Assembly (NCBI GenBank): GCA_039586365.1
Contig: JBDHKN010000015.1
Span: forward strand, 1-60,673
DNA from: Gemmatimonadota bacterium
GTDB lineage: Bacteria; Gemmatimonadota; Gemmatimonadetes; Gemmatimonadales; GWC2-71-9
DNA: 60,673 nucleotides
Reading direction: 5' to 3'
Under the pieces are notes generated by a model, which was not told the origin of the DNA, did no database searches, and saw only the letters and a program-made list of their open reading frames with translations. A program made the translations under genes and the position numbers. Shown piece after piece: positions 19,319 to 30,365 of this stretch; position 1 is the stretch's first letter, and every line of letters starts with the position of its first letter.

Positions 19319-22300
19319 ATGCACAAACACTTGGTTTTTCTGATAGTACTCGGTCTGGCGGCGCAGTTAGGCCATCGATCGCCATTAACTGCACAGCAGT
19401 ACAGCGAGGGCCTGTTCAACGAGATGCATTGGCGCATGATCGGACCATTCCGCGGTGGCCGCACGAAGGCAGCCGTGGGCATTCCCGATCAGCCCAACGT
19501 CTTCTACATCGGAGTCGTAAACGGTGGGGTATGGAAGACAACCGATTTCGGCCGCATTTGGCGGCCGATCTTCGATGATCAACCCACGGGCTCGATAGGT
19601 GCCATCGCCATCGCACCATCTAATCCAACCATCATGTACGTTGGCAGCGGTGAAGGACTGCAGCGTCCCGATCTGTCAACCGGCGACGGCATATACAAGT
19701 CAACCGACGGTGGTGAAACCTGGACACACTTGGGATTGCGCGACGGTCAACAGATTCCGCAGATCATAGTCGATCCCGCCGATCCGGACAGACTCTTCGT
19801 CGCTGTGCTCGGCCATCCGTATGGCTCCAATCGAGAGCGGGGCATTTTCCGCTCGACCGACGGCGCGCGCACATTCGAGAAGGTCCTTTACAGGGATGAG
19901 AACACTGGTGGCGTCGATGTGGCGTTCAACCCGAGCAACGCACGGACCGTCTACGCGGTCCTCTGGGAGGCCCGCGAAGGGCCGTGGGAGAACGGGGTGT
20001 TCCGTGGTCCGGGAAGTGGATTGTTCAAGTCCACCAACGGTGGTGACGCGTGGCGCCAGCTGACTCAGGGACTGCCCAACTTCGAGGACGACGGGCTGAG
20101 CCGCATCGGGATCACCGTAGCACCCAGCGAGCCCGATCGCCTCTTTGCTACGGTGGAATCCCGCAGAAACGGCGGCCTGTACCGTTCCGACGACGCCGGC
20201 GAGAGCTGGTACCTCATCAACGACGATCCACGGGTCACTCAGCGCGGCTCAGACTTCGCCGAGGTCAAGGTCCATCCCACCGACCCGGACATCGTCTTCA
20301 CGGGCAGCATCGTGGTTTGGAAGTCCACCGATGGCGGCAGGACGTTCACGGCGATCCGCGGCGCGCCCGGCGGGGACGACTACCACCGCATTTGGATCAA
20401 CCCGGGCAACCCCGACATCATGCTGATAGCCGCCGACCAGGGAGCCATAATCACGGTTAATGGGGGTGAGACTTGGAGTTCCTGGTACAACCAACCCACC
20501 GCACAGTTCTACCACGTCACCACCGACAACGCCTTTCCCTACCGCGTCTGTAGTGGGCAACAAGAGAGCGGCTCGGCATGCGTTCAGAGCCGAGGCGATC
20601 ACGGGCAAATCACGTTTAGGGAGTGGAGCCCCGTTGGCGTAACGGAGTACGGCTACGTCGCACCAGACCCGCTGGACCCTGACATCGTATACGGCGGTAG
20701 GGTGACTCGGTTCGACCGTCGCACCGGCCAGGTACAGGACGTAACCCCAAAGCCGCTGCGCGACGAGGGGTACCGAGTGGTCCGGACCATGCCGATCCTG
20801 TTTTCGCCACTCGACCCACACACGCTGTATTACGCCTCGAACGTCCTTTGGAAGACGAGCAACGGCGGTCAGAGTTGGGAACAGATCAGCCCGGACCTGT
20901 CGCGCGAGACCTGGGAAGTGCCTGCTAACGTAGGCAAGTACCGCGGCACCCCGGCGGCAACGGTGACCCGGCGCGGTGTCATTTACACCATCGCGCCGTC
21001 TCACATAGACATCGGCGTCATCTGGGTAGGGACCGATGATGGCTTGATTCATATGACACGGGATGGAGGTGTAACCTGGTCTGACGTCACACCTCCCGAC
21101 CTGGGGCCGTGGGCCAAGATTTCTCTGATGGACGCATCACACTTCGACTTGAACACAGCCTACGCCGCAATCAACACCCTACGACTCGACGACCTACGCC
21201 CTCACATCTACCGCACGCGGGACGGGGGCCAGAGCTGGACACACATCACGAACGGCATTCCTGACGGTGGCATCGTGAACGTGGTGCGAGAAGACCCGCA
21301 GCGACCGGGGCTGCTCTTTGCGGGAACAGAGCAGACAGTATACGTGTCATTCGATGACGGTGACCAGTGGCAATCGCTCCGCTTGAACCTGCCGGCCACC
21401 TCGATTCGTGATCTCGTCATCAAGGATGACGATCTAGTGATCGGGACCCACGGACGTGGATTCTGGATCCTGGACGACATCACTCCACTCCGGCAGATCA
21501 GTTCCGCCACCGTCATGAGCGATGCATTCCTGTTCCAGCCGCAGCAGGCATGGCGCTTCCGTTGGAACAAGTACACCGACACACCGCTGCCACCTGACGA
21601 ACCGGCGGGAGAGAACCCTCCAGATGGGGCGACAATCAACTACTTCCTGAGGGCGCAGGCAGAAAGCCCGGTAACGCTGGAAATCCTGACTGAGGGTGGA
21701 GAACTCGTGCGACGCTATTCCAGCGCTGACCAGCCTGAGCCACCACTGGAAGGTCAGAACGTACCGGATTATTGGCCGCGACCGCCGCAAGTGTTGTCTG
21801 CTGAGGCCGGCCTGCATCGTTTTGTCTGGGATCTGCACTATCCGCGTCCTGCGGTGCTCCGGTTCAGCTATCCGATATCTGCTGTCGCCGGGAATACGCC
21901 GGTGACACCGGAGGGCCCGTGGGTCCTCCCTGGTCGCTACACGGTCCGGCTGACTGCAAACGGTGATACCCAGGAGCAACCGCTCAGCGTGACGATGGAC
22001 CCACGGGTCATGACACCTATGGCCGAACTCGAGCGGCAGCACCGGTTGTCAATGCGGCTGTACGAGCTACTGCAGCAGGATCTCAACGCGCTGAATGAAG
22101 TGCAAACCCACCGTGCCGACTCACGCAACGAGGAGTCCGACAACGAAGCAGCCGCACTAGAGACCAGCCTAGCGAGGCTCAACAACAGTCTCGGGTCGCT
22201 GTACCGCATAGTCGAACGCGCCGACGTCGGACCTGCGGCACAAGTGGTGGCCGCAATCGGGCAGCTGGAGCGCGAACTCGGCGAAGTACTGGATCGGTGG

Positions 22301-22330
22301 CAGGAACTCAGAGCGAGGAGTACGAGCTAG
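19319..22330 (+). CDS. Secreted BNR-repeat/VPS10(sortilin)-like putative glycosyl hydrolase
   Basis: WRMIGPFRGGR, repeated S/T-x-D-G-G-x-T/S-W Asp boxes, GTHGRGFWILDD. Start ATG 19319 after GGAGGG. Confidence 0.88.
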   Translation: MHKHLVFLIVLGLAAQLGHRSPLTAQQYSEGLFNEMHWRMIGPFRGGRTKAAVGIPDQPNVFYIGVVNGGVWKTTDFGRIWRPIFDDQPTGSIGAIAIAPSNPTIMYVGSGEGLQRPDLSTGDGIYKSTDGGETWTHLGLRDGQQIPQIIVDPADPDRLFVAVLGHPYGSNRERGIFRSTDGARTFEKVLYRDENTGGVDVAFNPSNARTVYAVLWEAREGPWENGVFRGPGSGLFKSTNGGDAWRQLTQGLPNFEDDGLSRIGITVAPSEPDRLFATVESRRNGGLYRSDDAGESWYLINDDPRVTQRGSDFAEVKVHPTDPDIVFTGSIVVWKSTDGGRTFTAIRGAPGGDDYHRIWINPGNPDIMLIAADQGAIITVNGGETWSSWYNQPTAQFYHVTTDNAFPYRVCSGQQESGSACVQSRGDHGQITFREWSPVGVTEYGYVAPDPLDPDIVYGGRVTRFDRRTGQVQDVTPKPLRDEGYRVVRTMPILFSPLDPHTLYYASNVLWKTSNGGQSWEQISPDLSRETWEVPANVGKYRGTPAATVTRRGVIYTIAPSHIDIGVIWVGTDDGLIHMTRDGGVTWSDVTPPDLGPWAKISLMDASHFDLNTAYAAINTLRLDDLRPHIYRTRDGGQSWTHITNGIPDGGIVNVVREDPQRPGLLFAGTEQTVYVSFDDGDQWQSLRLNLPATSIRDLVIKDDDLVIGTHGRGFWILDDITPLRQISSATVMSDAFLFQPQQAWRFRWNKYTDTPLPPDEPAGENPPDGATINYFLRAQAESPVTLEILTEGGELVRRYSSADQPEPPLEGQNVPDYWPRPPQVLSAEAGLHRFVWDLHYPRPAVLRFSYPISAVAGNTPVTPEGPWVLPGRYTVRLTANGDTQEQPLSVTMDPRVMTPMAELERQHRLSMRLYELLQQDLNALNEVQTHRADSRNEESDNEAAALETSLARLNNSLGSLYRIVERADVGPAAQVVAAIGQLERELGEVLDRWQELRARSTS

Positions 22331-22446
22331 CGAGCCGATCGGTTCCCTTGGGTTCGGTCAATGATCCTGGACATTCAGACACTGCGGCGCCGGACCCACT
22401 CCGGCGCCGCTTGATCAACTGCACACTCCAACAGGAGAGACAAGAG

Positions 22447-23943
22447 ATGCGCTCCCGCGTACCAGCGTTAGCAATCCCTTTGGTTGTTGCCGTCTCCGCC
22501 GTCTTCCAGACAGCCTGTGCTCCCTCTGGTGGTCCGGGGATGGGAGCCATAAAGGAGGATGACTTGCGGCACGATGTGGCCACCCTGGCTCACGACGATT
22601 TCCTCGGTAGGGAGGCAGGGACGCCCAATGAGCTTCGCGCGGCGGCATGGCTTGCTGAACGGGCCCAGGCGGCGGGTCTCCAACCGGCCGGAGAAGACGG
22701 GAGCTACTTCCAGTTCTTTCCGCTCCGCAAGACGCGCGTCTCGGGGGCGAGCTCTGTCAACATCGGTGGCAGGCGATTCGAACTGTGGACCGATGTCATT
22801 GTTACCTCGCCGGTGGACACCAGGGTAGATGGGGCGTTGGTCTGGGTGGGACGAACGCCGGCCGAGCGGATCGAGGCAGCGACGGTTCGAGGGCGACCGG
22901 TCGCTGCGCTACTGCTTGCACCATCCCAGCCGCCGGCAGCCGGCGCCAGGCTTTGGGAATGGCGCTACGCCCGCGCTGCGGTGCGGGAACGTTCCCAGGC
23001 GCTACTGGAAAAGGGGGCGGCCGCAGTGATACTGGTCTCCGATTCCATCGCGGACGCCGTTTTTGATCTCACCGCCGCACGCACGATGGTGGGCCGCACT
23101 GGGCGTGACACCGAGGCGACACGGCAACGCGCGGAAGGTGAACCGCCCGTGCTAGTGGTCAGGGCTGCAAGCCGGACAGACGTTTCCCAGGGACAGCGTC
23201 TCATGACGGCGATCTCGTCGGAGAGTTTCGCATACCCCTCGGCGAACGTGGTGGCGCAGGTGCCTGGCACTGATCCCACTGTGGGGAACGAGCACGTCCT
23301 GTTCAGTGCCCACGTCGATCACGACGGAATCCGAACCCCGGTGGACGGCGATTCGATCTACAACGGAGCGGACGATAACGTCACCGGATGCGCCGCGCTC
23401 CTCGCCATCGGCCGGGCCTTCGTCCAACATCCGGGGAGGCGCGGAGCTCTCTTCGTGTTTCACGGAGCAGAGGAGAAGGGCTTGATCGGGTCCCGCTGGT
23501 ATGCAGAGCATCCCACGGTCGCCCGAGAGTCGATCGTAGCAGCTCTCAATGTCGACATGATCGGCCGGAACGCCCCGGACTCAGCAGCCGTTTTGGGTAC
23601 CGTGGGGCCGAATCGAAACTCCTCTGCACTGGTGGAAATGAGTTTGGCCGCGAATGATGCAGTCGCGGGTTTCGTGCTGGACACCCTGTGGGACCAGCCG
23701 GAGCACCCTGAAGGGCTCTACTTCCGGTCAGATCACGCGCCCTACTCGCAGGCTGGAATACCAGCGCTGTTCTATACGAGTCTGTTACACCCCGATTACC
23801 ACACCCCGTGGGACGAGACGGAGGCGCTGGACTTTCAAAAGCTCTATCGGTTTACCAAGTGGATATACGCCACGGGTTGGGCGGTTGCGCAGGCAGACCA
23901 GCGGCCCGAGATCGATGCTGGGTGGACCTACCCACGGCGCTAG
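22447..23943 (+). CDS. M28 family aminopeptidase (lipoprotein)
   Basis: SAHVDH, NGADDN, AEEKGLIGS, NVDMIGR, RSDH, DYH; lipobox QTAC; AGGAG upstream of ATG 22447. Confidence 0.92.
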   Translation: MRSRVPALAIPLVVAVSAVFQTACAPSGGPGMGAIKEDDLRHDVATLAHDDFLGREAGTPNELRAAAWLAERAQAAGLQPAGEDGSYFQFFPLRKTRVSGASSVNIGGRRFELWTDVIVTSPVDTRVDGALVWVGRTPAERIEAATVRGRPVAALLLAPSQPPAAGARLWEWRYARAAVRERSQALLEKGAAAVILVSDSIADAVFDLTAARTMVGRTGRDTEATRQRAEGEPPVLVVRAASRTDVSQGQRLMTAISSESFAYPSANVVAQVPGTDPTVGNEHVLFSAHVDHDGIRTPVDGDSIYNGADDNVTGCAALLAIGRAFVQHPGRRGALFVFHGAEEKGLIGSRWYAEHPTVARESIVAALNVDMIGRNAPDSAAVLGTVGPNRNSSALVEMSLAANDAVAGFVLDTLWDQPEHPEGLYFRSDHAPYSQAGIPALFYTSLLHPDYHTPWDETEALDFQKLYRFTKWIYATGWAVAQADQRPEIDAGWTYPRR

Positions 23944-24142
23944 CTACGTAGTGGGCCATTGTCTGCCAGAGGTAGTGCACCGATGCTGCATGTGCTGTGA
24001 GCGACGTCAAAGGCCATAACGGCAATGGTTCGGGGACCAACATTGCTTGACTAGCCCGACTATTGGGGTCTACTTTCGCTCGCACAGTGATGCACGGTGT
24101 GGTTGGCCTTGTCCCATCGCTCGAGTGCGATGCTACATCCAT

Positions 24143-25060
24143 ATGAAGCGACTGCCTCTGAGGTTGGTGGCTCTGGCACTATCGAGTTCAGCTCTTCCCG
24201 GCTGCGCGAACCGGGAAACCGCAAGCTCTAGTATGGCGCTGACTCAACTCCTGCCTGAGCGGATCGATACGTGGACTCGCCAGGACTCTGCAGTCATCTA
24301 CGACCGCGAGACGATCTTCGATTACATAAACGGAGCCGGAGAGGTATATCGCTCCTACGCATTCGGCCAAGTCGCAGTGGCTGCCTACTCCAGCTCCGCA
24401 GCACCTGACATCACCGTCGAGTTGTTCGATATGGGCAACGCAGCCGATGCCTACGGGGTGTTCAGTTATGCGCGGGAGCAGGAGGAGGTGGGGATTGGCG
24501 GGGGCTATGAACACAAGGGGAGAGTGCTCTGTTTCTGGCAGGACCGCTTCTATGTGTGCGTGGCGTTAGAGGAATCCACCCCGCAGCCAGCTGCTGTGTT
24601 GCTGGATTTCGCGCGAACGGTCTCAGGGCACTTACCACCAGTCTCCGATCCTCCCGACCTGGTGGCCATGCTGCCTTCTGAGGGACGCGTCCCGTTCAGC
24701 GAGAGGTTCTTTCATCTCCATCAGTCGCTGAATTACCACTACTATGTGGCCCGTGACAATCTGCTCAACCTGAGTGCCGAGACCGACGCGGTGCTGGCGC
24801 GATACGAGCCGGGTGCGACCTATCTTCTGATTGTCAGGTATGAAACTGAGCGAGCCGCTGTCCGAGCGCTGTCGTCGTTCAGCCAACAGTATCTACCGGA
24901 CGCTGGCGGTTTCGAGACGGTAGAGACCGAGAACGGCAAATTCGTGTCCCATCGGTCTCAAGATCGTTTCGTGGTCGTTGTGCTCGATGCTGATTCGGAG
25001 AGCGCAGCGAGCAGCTTACTCGAGGCGACGGTGGCGAAGATCACCGGTTCGCCGGGCTGA
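24143..25060 (+). CDS. DUF6599-like lipoprotein
   Basis: Lipobox LPGC; IFDYINGAGEVY, VELFDMG...AYGVFS motifs shared with 32022-32849. Confidence 0.75.
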   Translation: MKRLPLRLVALALSSSALPGCANRETASSSMALTQLLPERIDTWTRQDSAVIYDRETIFDYINGAGEVYRSYAFGQVAVAAYSSSAAPDITVELFDMGNAADAYGVFSYAREQEEVGIGGGYEHKGRVLCFWQDRFYVCVALEESTPQPAAVLLDFARTVSGHLPPVSDPPDLVAMLPSEGRVPFSERFFHLHQSLNYHYYVARDNLLNLSAETDAVLARYEPGATYLLIVRYETERAAVRALSSFSQQYLPDAGGFETVETENGKFVSHRSQDRFVVVVLDADSESAASSLLEATVAKITGSPG

Positions 25061-25071
25061 GGGTGAGAGCA

Positions 25072-25968
25072 ATGGGAGGAGAAAAGACAGGCCTCACGCG
25101 GCGGGATTTCATGAAAGGCGTCGGCAGCGTCGCTCTGGGTGTTGCGGCGGGCCTGCCCACGCCGGTTCTTGGATCGGCGAGGCAATCCGGCACATCCCGA
25201 GTGGTGCTGGTTCGTAGTCGGGAAGTCGTCTCAACTGGTGGCGACATAAACGCCGAACTAGTGCAGCAGATGCTGGATGAGGCGGTGGTTGCCCTATTTG
25301 GTCGGGACGAGCTGGCGGAATGCTGGCGCCAGATTATTCGACCGCATGATGTGGTTGGCATCAAGACCAACTCTTGGAGATTCCTGCCCACACCGCCGGA
25401 GGTGGAGCAGGCGCTCAGGCGCCGTGTTGTGCAAGCGGGCGTGCCGGAGGCGAACGTCGCCTTGGACGACAAGCGTGTGCTGCGTAATGAAGTCTTTCAA
25501 CGCAGCACTGCGCTGATAAATACGCGGCCCATGCGTACCCACGCCTGGTCCGGAGTTGGGAGCCTCATCAAGAACTACATCGTGTTCGACAACCCACCCG
25601 ATTATCACGCCGACGCCTGCGCCAGTCTGGCCAAGTTGTGGGACCTTCCGATCACCCGAGGTAAGACCCGACTCAATGTGCTGGTGATGCTCACTCCTCA
25701 ATTCCACAACATCGGGCCGCACCACTTCGATGCCAGTTATGTCTGGCCGTATGGCGGCTTGATCGTCAGCACGGATCCGGTGGCAGCCGACAGTACGGGA
25801 CTTCGCATCATCCAGCGAAAACGGCGGTTGGAATTCGGTGAAGACCGCCCGCTGCAACCGACCGCCCACCACATCGCGCTAGCCGATTCGGAATATCACC
25901 TCGGCAACGCCGACCCGAGCAGGATCGAACTCGTGCGGGTCGGTTGGGAGGGCGATAGCCTGATCTGA
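25072..25968 (+). CDS. Tat-exported DUF362 domain protein
   Basis: TRRDFMK Tat motif; VGIKTN, LINTRPMRTH, IKNY, STDPVAAD. Confidence 0.82.
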   Translation: MGGEKTGLTRRDFMKGVGSVALGVAAGLPTPVLGSARQSGTSRVVLVRSREVVSTGGDINAELVQQMLDEAVVALFGRDELAECWRQIIRPHDVVGIKTNSWRFLPTPPEVEQALRRRVVQAGVPEANVALDDKRVLRNEVFQRSTALINTRPMRTHAWSGVGSLIKNYIVFDNPPDYHADACASLAKLWDLPITRGKTRLNVLVMLTPQFHNIGPHHFDASYVWPYGGLIVSTDPVAADSTGLRIIQRKRRLEFGEDRPLQPTAHHIALADSEYHLGNADPSRIELVRVGWEGDSLI

Positions 25969-26106
25969 CGGTGCTGCCAACCGTCACGATCTAACTTGGC
26001 GGACAGATCGTTGTGGGCCTACTCCCAAATGCGTGGTGGCTCTGCACACCCCGGGGTGTCGACCGCAGCGGTCGTGGGCGCTGACCGGCGGAGGCGATCG
26101 AATTGT

Positions 26107-27771
26107 CTACGCGCGCTGCCTCTCTAGTAGTATTTGGTTGGTCTCGGAACGGGACTCACCAACTGAAGTGATGTAGATGGCCTTCCTGTCCCACACCGGA
26201 CAAGCGTATTCGCAGGCTCCGCAGCCGGTGCAGAGGGCGGGGTCGACATGCGGCCGGCTGACCGTGACTTCGTTGCCCTCCCTGCCAACCGCGGTTTCCT
26301 CCTGGAGGTATATCGCCTTGGGTGAAGTCGGGCACCATTCCTCACAGACGATGCATGACGTGGCCATCGCCCAGGGGAGGCAGCGACCGCGATCGAGAAA
26401 CGCCGTTCCGATCCGGACGGGCTGAGTCTCTTCGTCGCCGACTTTCTGCCGCAGGGTCAGCTCAGTGATGGCACCAGTGGGGCACACTTGCCCGCACAGT
26501 GTGCAGGTCGGCTCACAGTAACCGACCTTGGCTATCAGGTACGGCGTCCACAGACCTTCCAAGCCGGATTCCAGCAACGTGGGGTGTAGGGCGTTGTTGG
26601 GGCATACCCGCATGCACTGGCCGCAGCGGATACAGCGACCAAGGAAATCGTCTTCGGGCTGCGAACCGGGCGGACGTACTAAGGTTGGGGAGCGCTTGAC
26701 CTCGAAGGCATTGCCCGAACGGAACAGCGGCACCACGGCCACGCCGCCGAGCAGCGATGCCATTACCTTGCGGCGAGTCACATCGACTCTGGGCGTTCCG
26801 GCTGGATTCGTCTTGCTGTCGGGCTGGTTGGGGAAGAACCTGAACTTGAGCGCGCCCTCCGGACAGGCTGCCTGGCAGTTGAGACACAGATGACACTCAG
26901 CCTGCCGCCATTTACTGCCCACGTCGGGGTTGTCTGCACCCTGGCATGAAAGCAGACAGCGGTTGCAGGCGTTGCACTCCTTGTCGTCCTTGGCGAGCCC
27001 GAATATAGCAAAGCGCGAAAAGACACCGAGCAGTGCACCGAGTGGGCATATACCCCGACACCAAAAGCGCGTGAACACGCGGTTGAGTAGCAGGATAATC
27101 ACGAAGAATATGCCGAGGACGACTACTCCGTGGAAATGTGCCTGCCGGAACGGTAGCAGTGTCGCGGCGAGCAAGTCGTAGAGTCCCTGCGTAGCGGCAG
27201 CTAGCGGTCCGATTCCCGTATCTCTGCCCGCCGAGGCTAGCGCCAGTGCCGCCGTGTGGAGAGTAGGCAGCAGGGCGGTGCCGATGGAACGAGCCAACAA
27301 CGGTAGCGGGTCCAGCAGTCCGGCTTGGAGGCTGCCCAGCAGTGCCGCACCCAAACAGAAGAACAGGACGTAGTATTTGATCCGTTGATACTTCTTGTAC
27401 CTGTTCGCTTCGAGTAGTCGCTTGCCACGCCGCGCCACACGCTCTGAGCGAATCCCCGAGAGCCAGTGATTGAGGCTGCCGAGTGGGCATACCCAACCAC
27501 AGAAGAAGCGCCCGATGAAGATGGTCGGTATCAGTATTACCAGCGACCAGAGCAATCCCTTGTACAGGGTGCCACTGGCGAGCAAGGTCATCAACGCCGC
27601 GAGTGGGTCGAACTGGAGTGCGATCGAGACCGGGTATGGCAGTCTAATCTCAGACACTTCAGCTGGGCTGAAATCGATCTCAAAGGTCGTCTTGAGAATC
27701 AGCCACAGGAAGACGACGAAGAAGACTACCTGAGATGCGCGCCGTAGGTTTCTGACAGTCTGGATAGTCAT
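26107..27771 (-). CDS. Membrane polyferredoxin (NapH/MauN-like domain fused to NapG/MauM-like domain)
   Basis: TM helices; FFCGWVCPLG, WCRGICPLG; six ferredoxin-type Cys motifs; LVRPPGS; internal VTRRKV. Confidence 0.9.
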   Translation of the reverse strand: MTIQTVRNLRRASQVVFFVVFLWLILKTTFEIDFSPAEVSEIRLPYPVSIALQFDPLAALMTLLASGTLYKGLLWSLVILIPTIFIGRFFCGWVCPLGSLNHWLSGIRSERVARRGKRLLEANRYKKYQRIKYYVLFFCLGAALLGSLQAGLLDPLPLLARSIGTALLPTLHTAALALASAGRDTGIGPLAAATQGLYDLLAATLLPFRQAHFHGVVVLGIFFVIILLLNRVFTRFWCRGICPLGALLGVFSRFAIFGLAKDDKECNACNRCLLSCQGADNPDVGSKWRQAECHLCLNCQAACPEGALKFRFFPNQPDSKTNPAGTPRVDVTRRKVMASLLGGVAVVPLFRSGNAFEVKRSPTLVRPPGSQPEDDFLGRCIRCGQCMRVCPNNALHPTLLESGLEGLWTPYLIAKVGYCEPTCTLCGQVCPTGAITELTLRQKVGDEETQPVRIGTAFLDRGRCLPWAMATSCIVCEEWCPTSPKAIYLQEETAVGREGNEVTVSRPHVDPALCTGCGACEYACPVWDRKAIYITSVGESRSETNQILLERQRA

Positions 27772-27782
27772 GCGGTCGGCAA

Positions 27783-28736
27783 TCAGACGATTTCTTGGTA
27801 TCCGACCGAACGGTAGTCCAGCGATCCCAGCCCCGACTGTGCGGCCAACGCGATGTGACTCACCTGGTCTCCGCTGAGACCCAAGAACTCCGCCGCTCTG
27901 GAATCGGCGGCCACCTGGTCGGTGGAGCAGAGAACCGTGTTCTCTATTGAGACATCATCCAACGAGCCGCCCTGTGGGCCACCCCTGAAGAGAACTCGAG
28001 TTGCATCCACTACGGTGAGCGTCGGACGGACGAAGGCAGCCAGGTCGACTATGGATTGGTCGATCTCTTGGTGCAGCCGGTTGCGACGACCACCGAGTAT
28101 GCCGTACAGGTTCTTCATCCCGACGGTACAGCGGGTAAGCGAGTGTTGCTTGGCGACCGGCATGTTGATCAGGCGGTCAGTCTCGATGAAGTACTTGAGG
28201 ACCGGCCAACTCGTCAGCACCTCGCCGCCGAGATCGACCTCGATGAAGTCTTCCGGGCTGGGAAGCATCACCCTGGCCCCGGCGACCTCGCCGGCTTCCT
28301 TGATACCCGAGCGCAGAAAACTGCGGCGGGGATCGTTGCAGCTGACGTCTGCAACTGTGACTTGGGCGGCGCCGGCGCCCAGACAGAGCCGTACCATCTC
28401 GCTAACCAGAGCTGGATGAGTATTCGCACCCTGCGCGGGAGTGCGGTCCCAGCCGACGTTTGGCTTCACGACAACAGTCTCACCGGCGTGGACGAAGCGA
28501 CCGATTCCACCAATCGCATCGAGGGCTGCATGCAGCGCTGCCACCGGATCGTCGTTCGTGGCTGAAGTCAGAGTGGCAATGGCTGGATCCGGAGGAACTT
28601 CGAAGTTCGCGGTCTTAGCTAGTACGGTGCGCCGCCGCGTGGTCTCGCGGTTGTGGAACACGAACCCGGTAGTACCGGTGACTGCAGCAAGAGCCACCGC
28701 CGGGCCGGTTCGCTTGATGAAATCCCTACGTTCCAT
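27783..28736 (-). CDS. Tat-exported DUF362 domain protein
   Basis: ERRDFIK Tat motif; VVKPNVGWDR, ANTHP, INMPVAKQH, GMKNLYG, DQVAAD. Confidence 0.88.
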   Translation of the reverse strand: MERRDFIKRTGPAVALAAVTGTTGFVFHNRETTRRRTVLAKTANFEVPPDPAIATLTSATNDDPVAALHAALDAIGGIGRFVHAGETVVVKPNVGWDRTPAQGANTHPALVSEMVRLCLGAGAAQVTVADVSCNDPRRSFLRSGIKEAGEVAGARVMLPSPEDFIEVDLGGEVLTSWPVLKYFIETDRLINMPVAKQHSLTRCTVGMKNLYGILGGRRNRLHQEIDQSIVDLAAFVRPTLTVVDATRVLFRGGPQGGSLDDVSIENTVLCSTDQVAADSRAAEFLGLSGDQVSHIALAAQSGLGSLDYRSVGYQEIV

Positions 28737-29030
28737 TTGCTGATGACACCGCTCTCCGGGTTCCGCTCAGTATACTACAGTCGCCTACGAGCGACGGCAA
28801 ACCAATCGTGAATGGTTCTTTAGACACAATCGATAGGACGAGTACGGAACGACATCGCCAGTGCCGCTGCTGAAGCTCGGAGTTAAGTTGTCCGGGACCA
28901 GTTCGTGTCATGGTTGCATAGCGGCAGCAGTAGGTATTGAACAGCCTAAGACGAACGTTCGAATGGTCTGCAGTCGAGTAGTCAATAACAGCGGTGACGG
29001 TTGACCGTCGTCGATAATCTGGAGAGAGCA

Positions 29031-30365
29031 ATGGGTTCGAGAGACCAAGTCGGCCGGCGTGGGTTCCTGAAATCGACGGGTATGGCTGTCGTTGGTGGTG
29101 GCATCATGTCGGGGCGGGTAACCCGCAGCGCCGCGGACGAACAACAGGGTATGGAAATCAAGGTGCGCGAATACCGCACGCTGGGACGCACCGGCTTCAA
29201 GGTCTCGGACATTGGCTTCGGCACGGGGTTCTTCGACAACGCCAACGTGCTGCAAGTCGCCCTCGACATGGGAGTCAACTATATCGATACCGGTGAGCAC
29301 TACGTGAACGGGCAGGCAGAACGAACTGTCGGCCAGGCTTTGAAGAACAGGGACCGCAAATCGATCTTCTTGACCACGAAGCTGAACTTGTCGTTCGGCG
29401 GGGGGGCAACGCAAGAAGATATCAAACGAAGATTCCAGCAATGTCTGGAGCGGTTACAGACCGACTATGTCGACTGCTTGATGATCCATATGACCCCCCG
29501 GGTAGAACAGGTGAAACACGAGGGGTTCCACGCCGCATATCAAGAACTGAAGGCCGAGGGGAAAGTGCGGTTTCTCGGTCTGTCGAACCATGGCAGGCAA
29601 CAGTCGTGGTGGGGCCGGGTGGAAGATCACATGGAGGATATAGTCGGTGCCGCGGCTGAAGACGGCAGGTTCGACGTGGCCCTGTTTGTGTACAACTTCC
29701 TGCAAAAGGAGCAGGGTGAACAAATCATCGCGGCATGCAAAGCCCGCAACATGGGTGTCACCCTGATGAAGACCGATCCCGTAAACCTCTACGCGCAGAT
29801 CACGGAGTCTCTCGAGCAGGCGAGGGAGCGCGGGAGGCAGATCTCGGATGCGCGCGTCCGCATGGCACAGGACTACCGGTCGTATGTACAGCGGGCTGAG
29901 GAGTTCAAGCGGAGACACGGCTTGCAGTCAGACGCTCAGGCGAGAGCCGCGGCCATCAAATTCGTCCTCGGCCATCCGGACGTGCATTCGGTATGTCCGA
30001 GCATCAACACGCTGGATGGGCTGGAGAGCTTCGTGACACTTTCGGGCACGAAGCTCACTGAGGAAGACGACTCCATGCTCGATGACTACGGGAAGTTGCT
30101 GGGGACCTTCTACTGCCGCCACGCGTGCGGCGACTGCGAACCCTCCTGTCCCCAACAAGTCCCCGTGAACACCATCATGCGCTACAACCACTATTTCGAG
30201 GCACACGGCAGGGAGAAACATGCCATGGTGCAATACGCCAACTTGACTGCAGCCCATGCGGATGGTTGTCTCGGTTGTTCCGGTTATTGCGAGTCGGCAT
30301 GCCCTCACGGAGTCCCGGTGCGGACACTGCTGGCCCGAGCACATCAGAACCTGACGCTGGCATAG
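29031..30365 (+). CDS. Tat-signal aldo/keto reductase with C-terminal 2x[4Fe-4S] domain
   Basis: GRRGFLK; YRTLGRTG, IDTGEHY, TKL, LQTDYVD..IH; CRHACGDCEPSCP and CLGCSGYCESACP. Start ATG 29031 after GGAG. Confidence 0.9.
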   Translation: MGSRDQVGRRGFLKSTGMAVVGGGIMSGRVTRSAADEQQGMEIKVREYRTLGRTGFKVSDIGFGTGFFDNANVLQVALDMGVNYIDTGEHYVNGQAERTVGQALKNRDRKSIFLTTKLNLSFGGGATQEDIKRRFQQCLERLQTDYVDCLMIHMTPRVEQVKHEGFHAAYQELKAEGKVRFLGLSNHGRQQSWWGRVEDHMEDIVGAAAEDGRFDVALFVYNFLQKEQGEQIIAACKARNMGVTLMKTDPVNLYAQITESLEQARERGRQISDARVRMAQDYRSYVQRAEEFKRRHGLQSDAQARAAAIKFVLGHPDVHSVCPSINTLDGLESFVTLSGTKLTEEDDSMLDDYGKLLGTFYCRHACGDCEPSCPQQVPVNTIMRYNHYFEAHGREKHAMVQYANLTAAHADGCLGCSGYCESACPHGVPVRTLLARAHQNLTLA

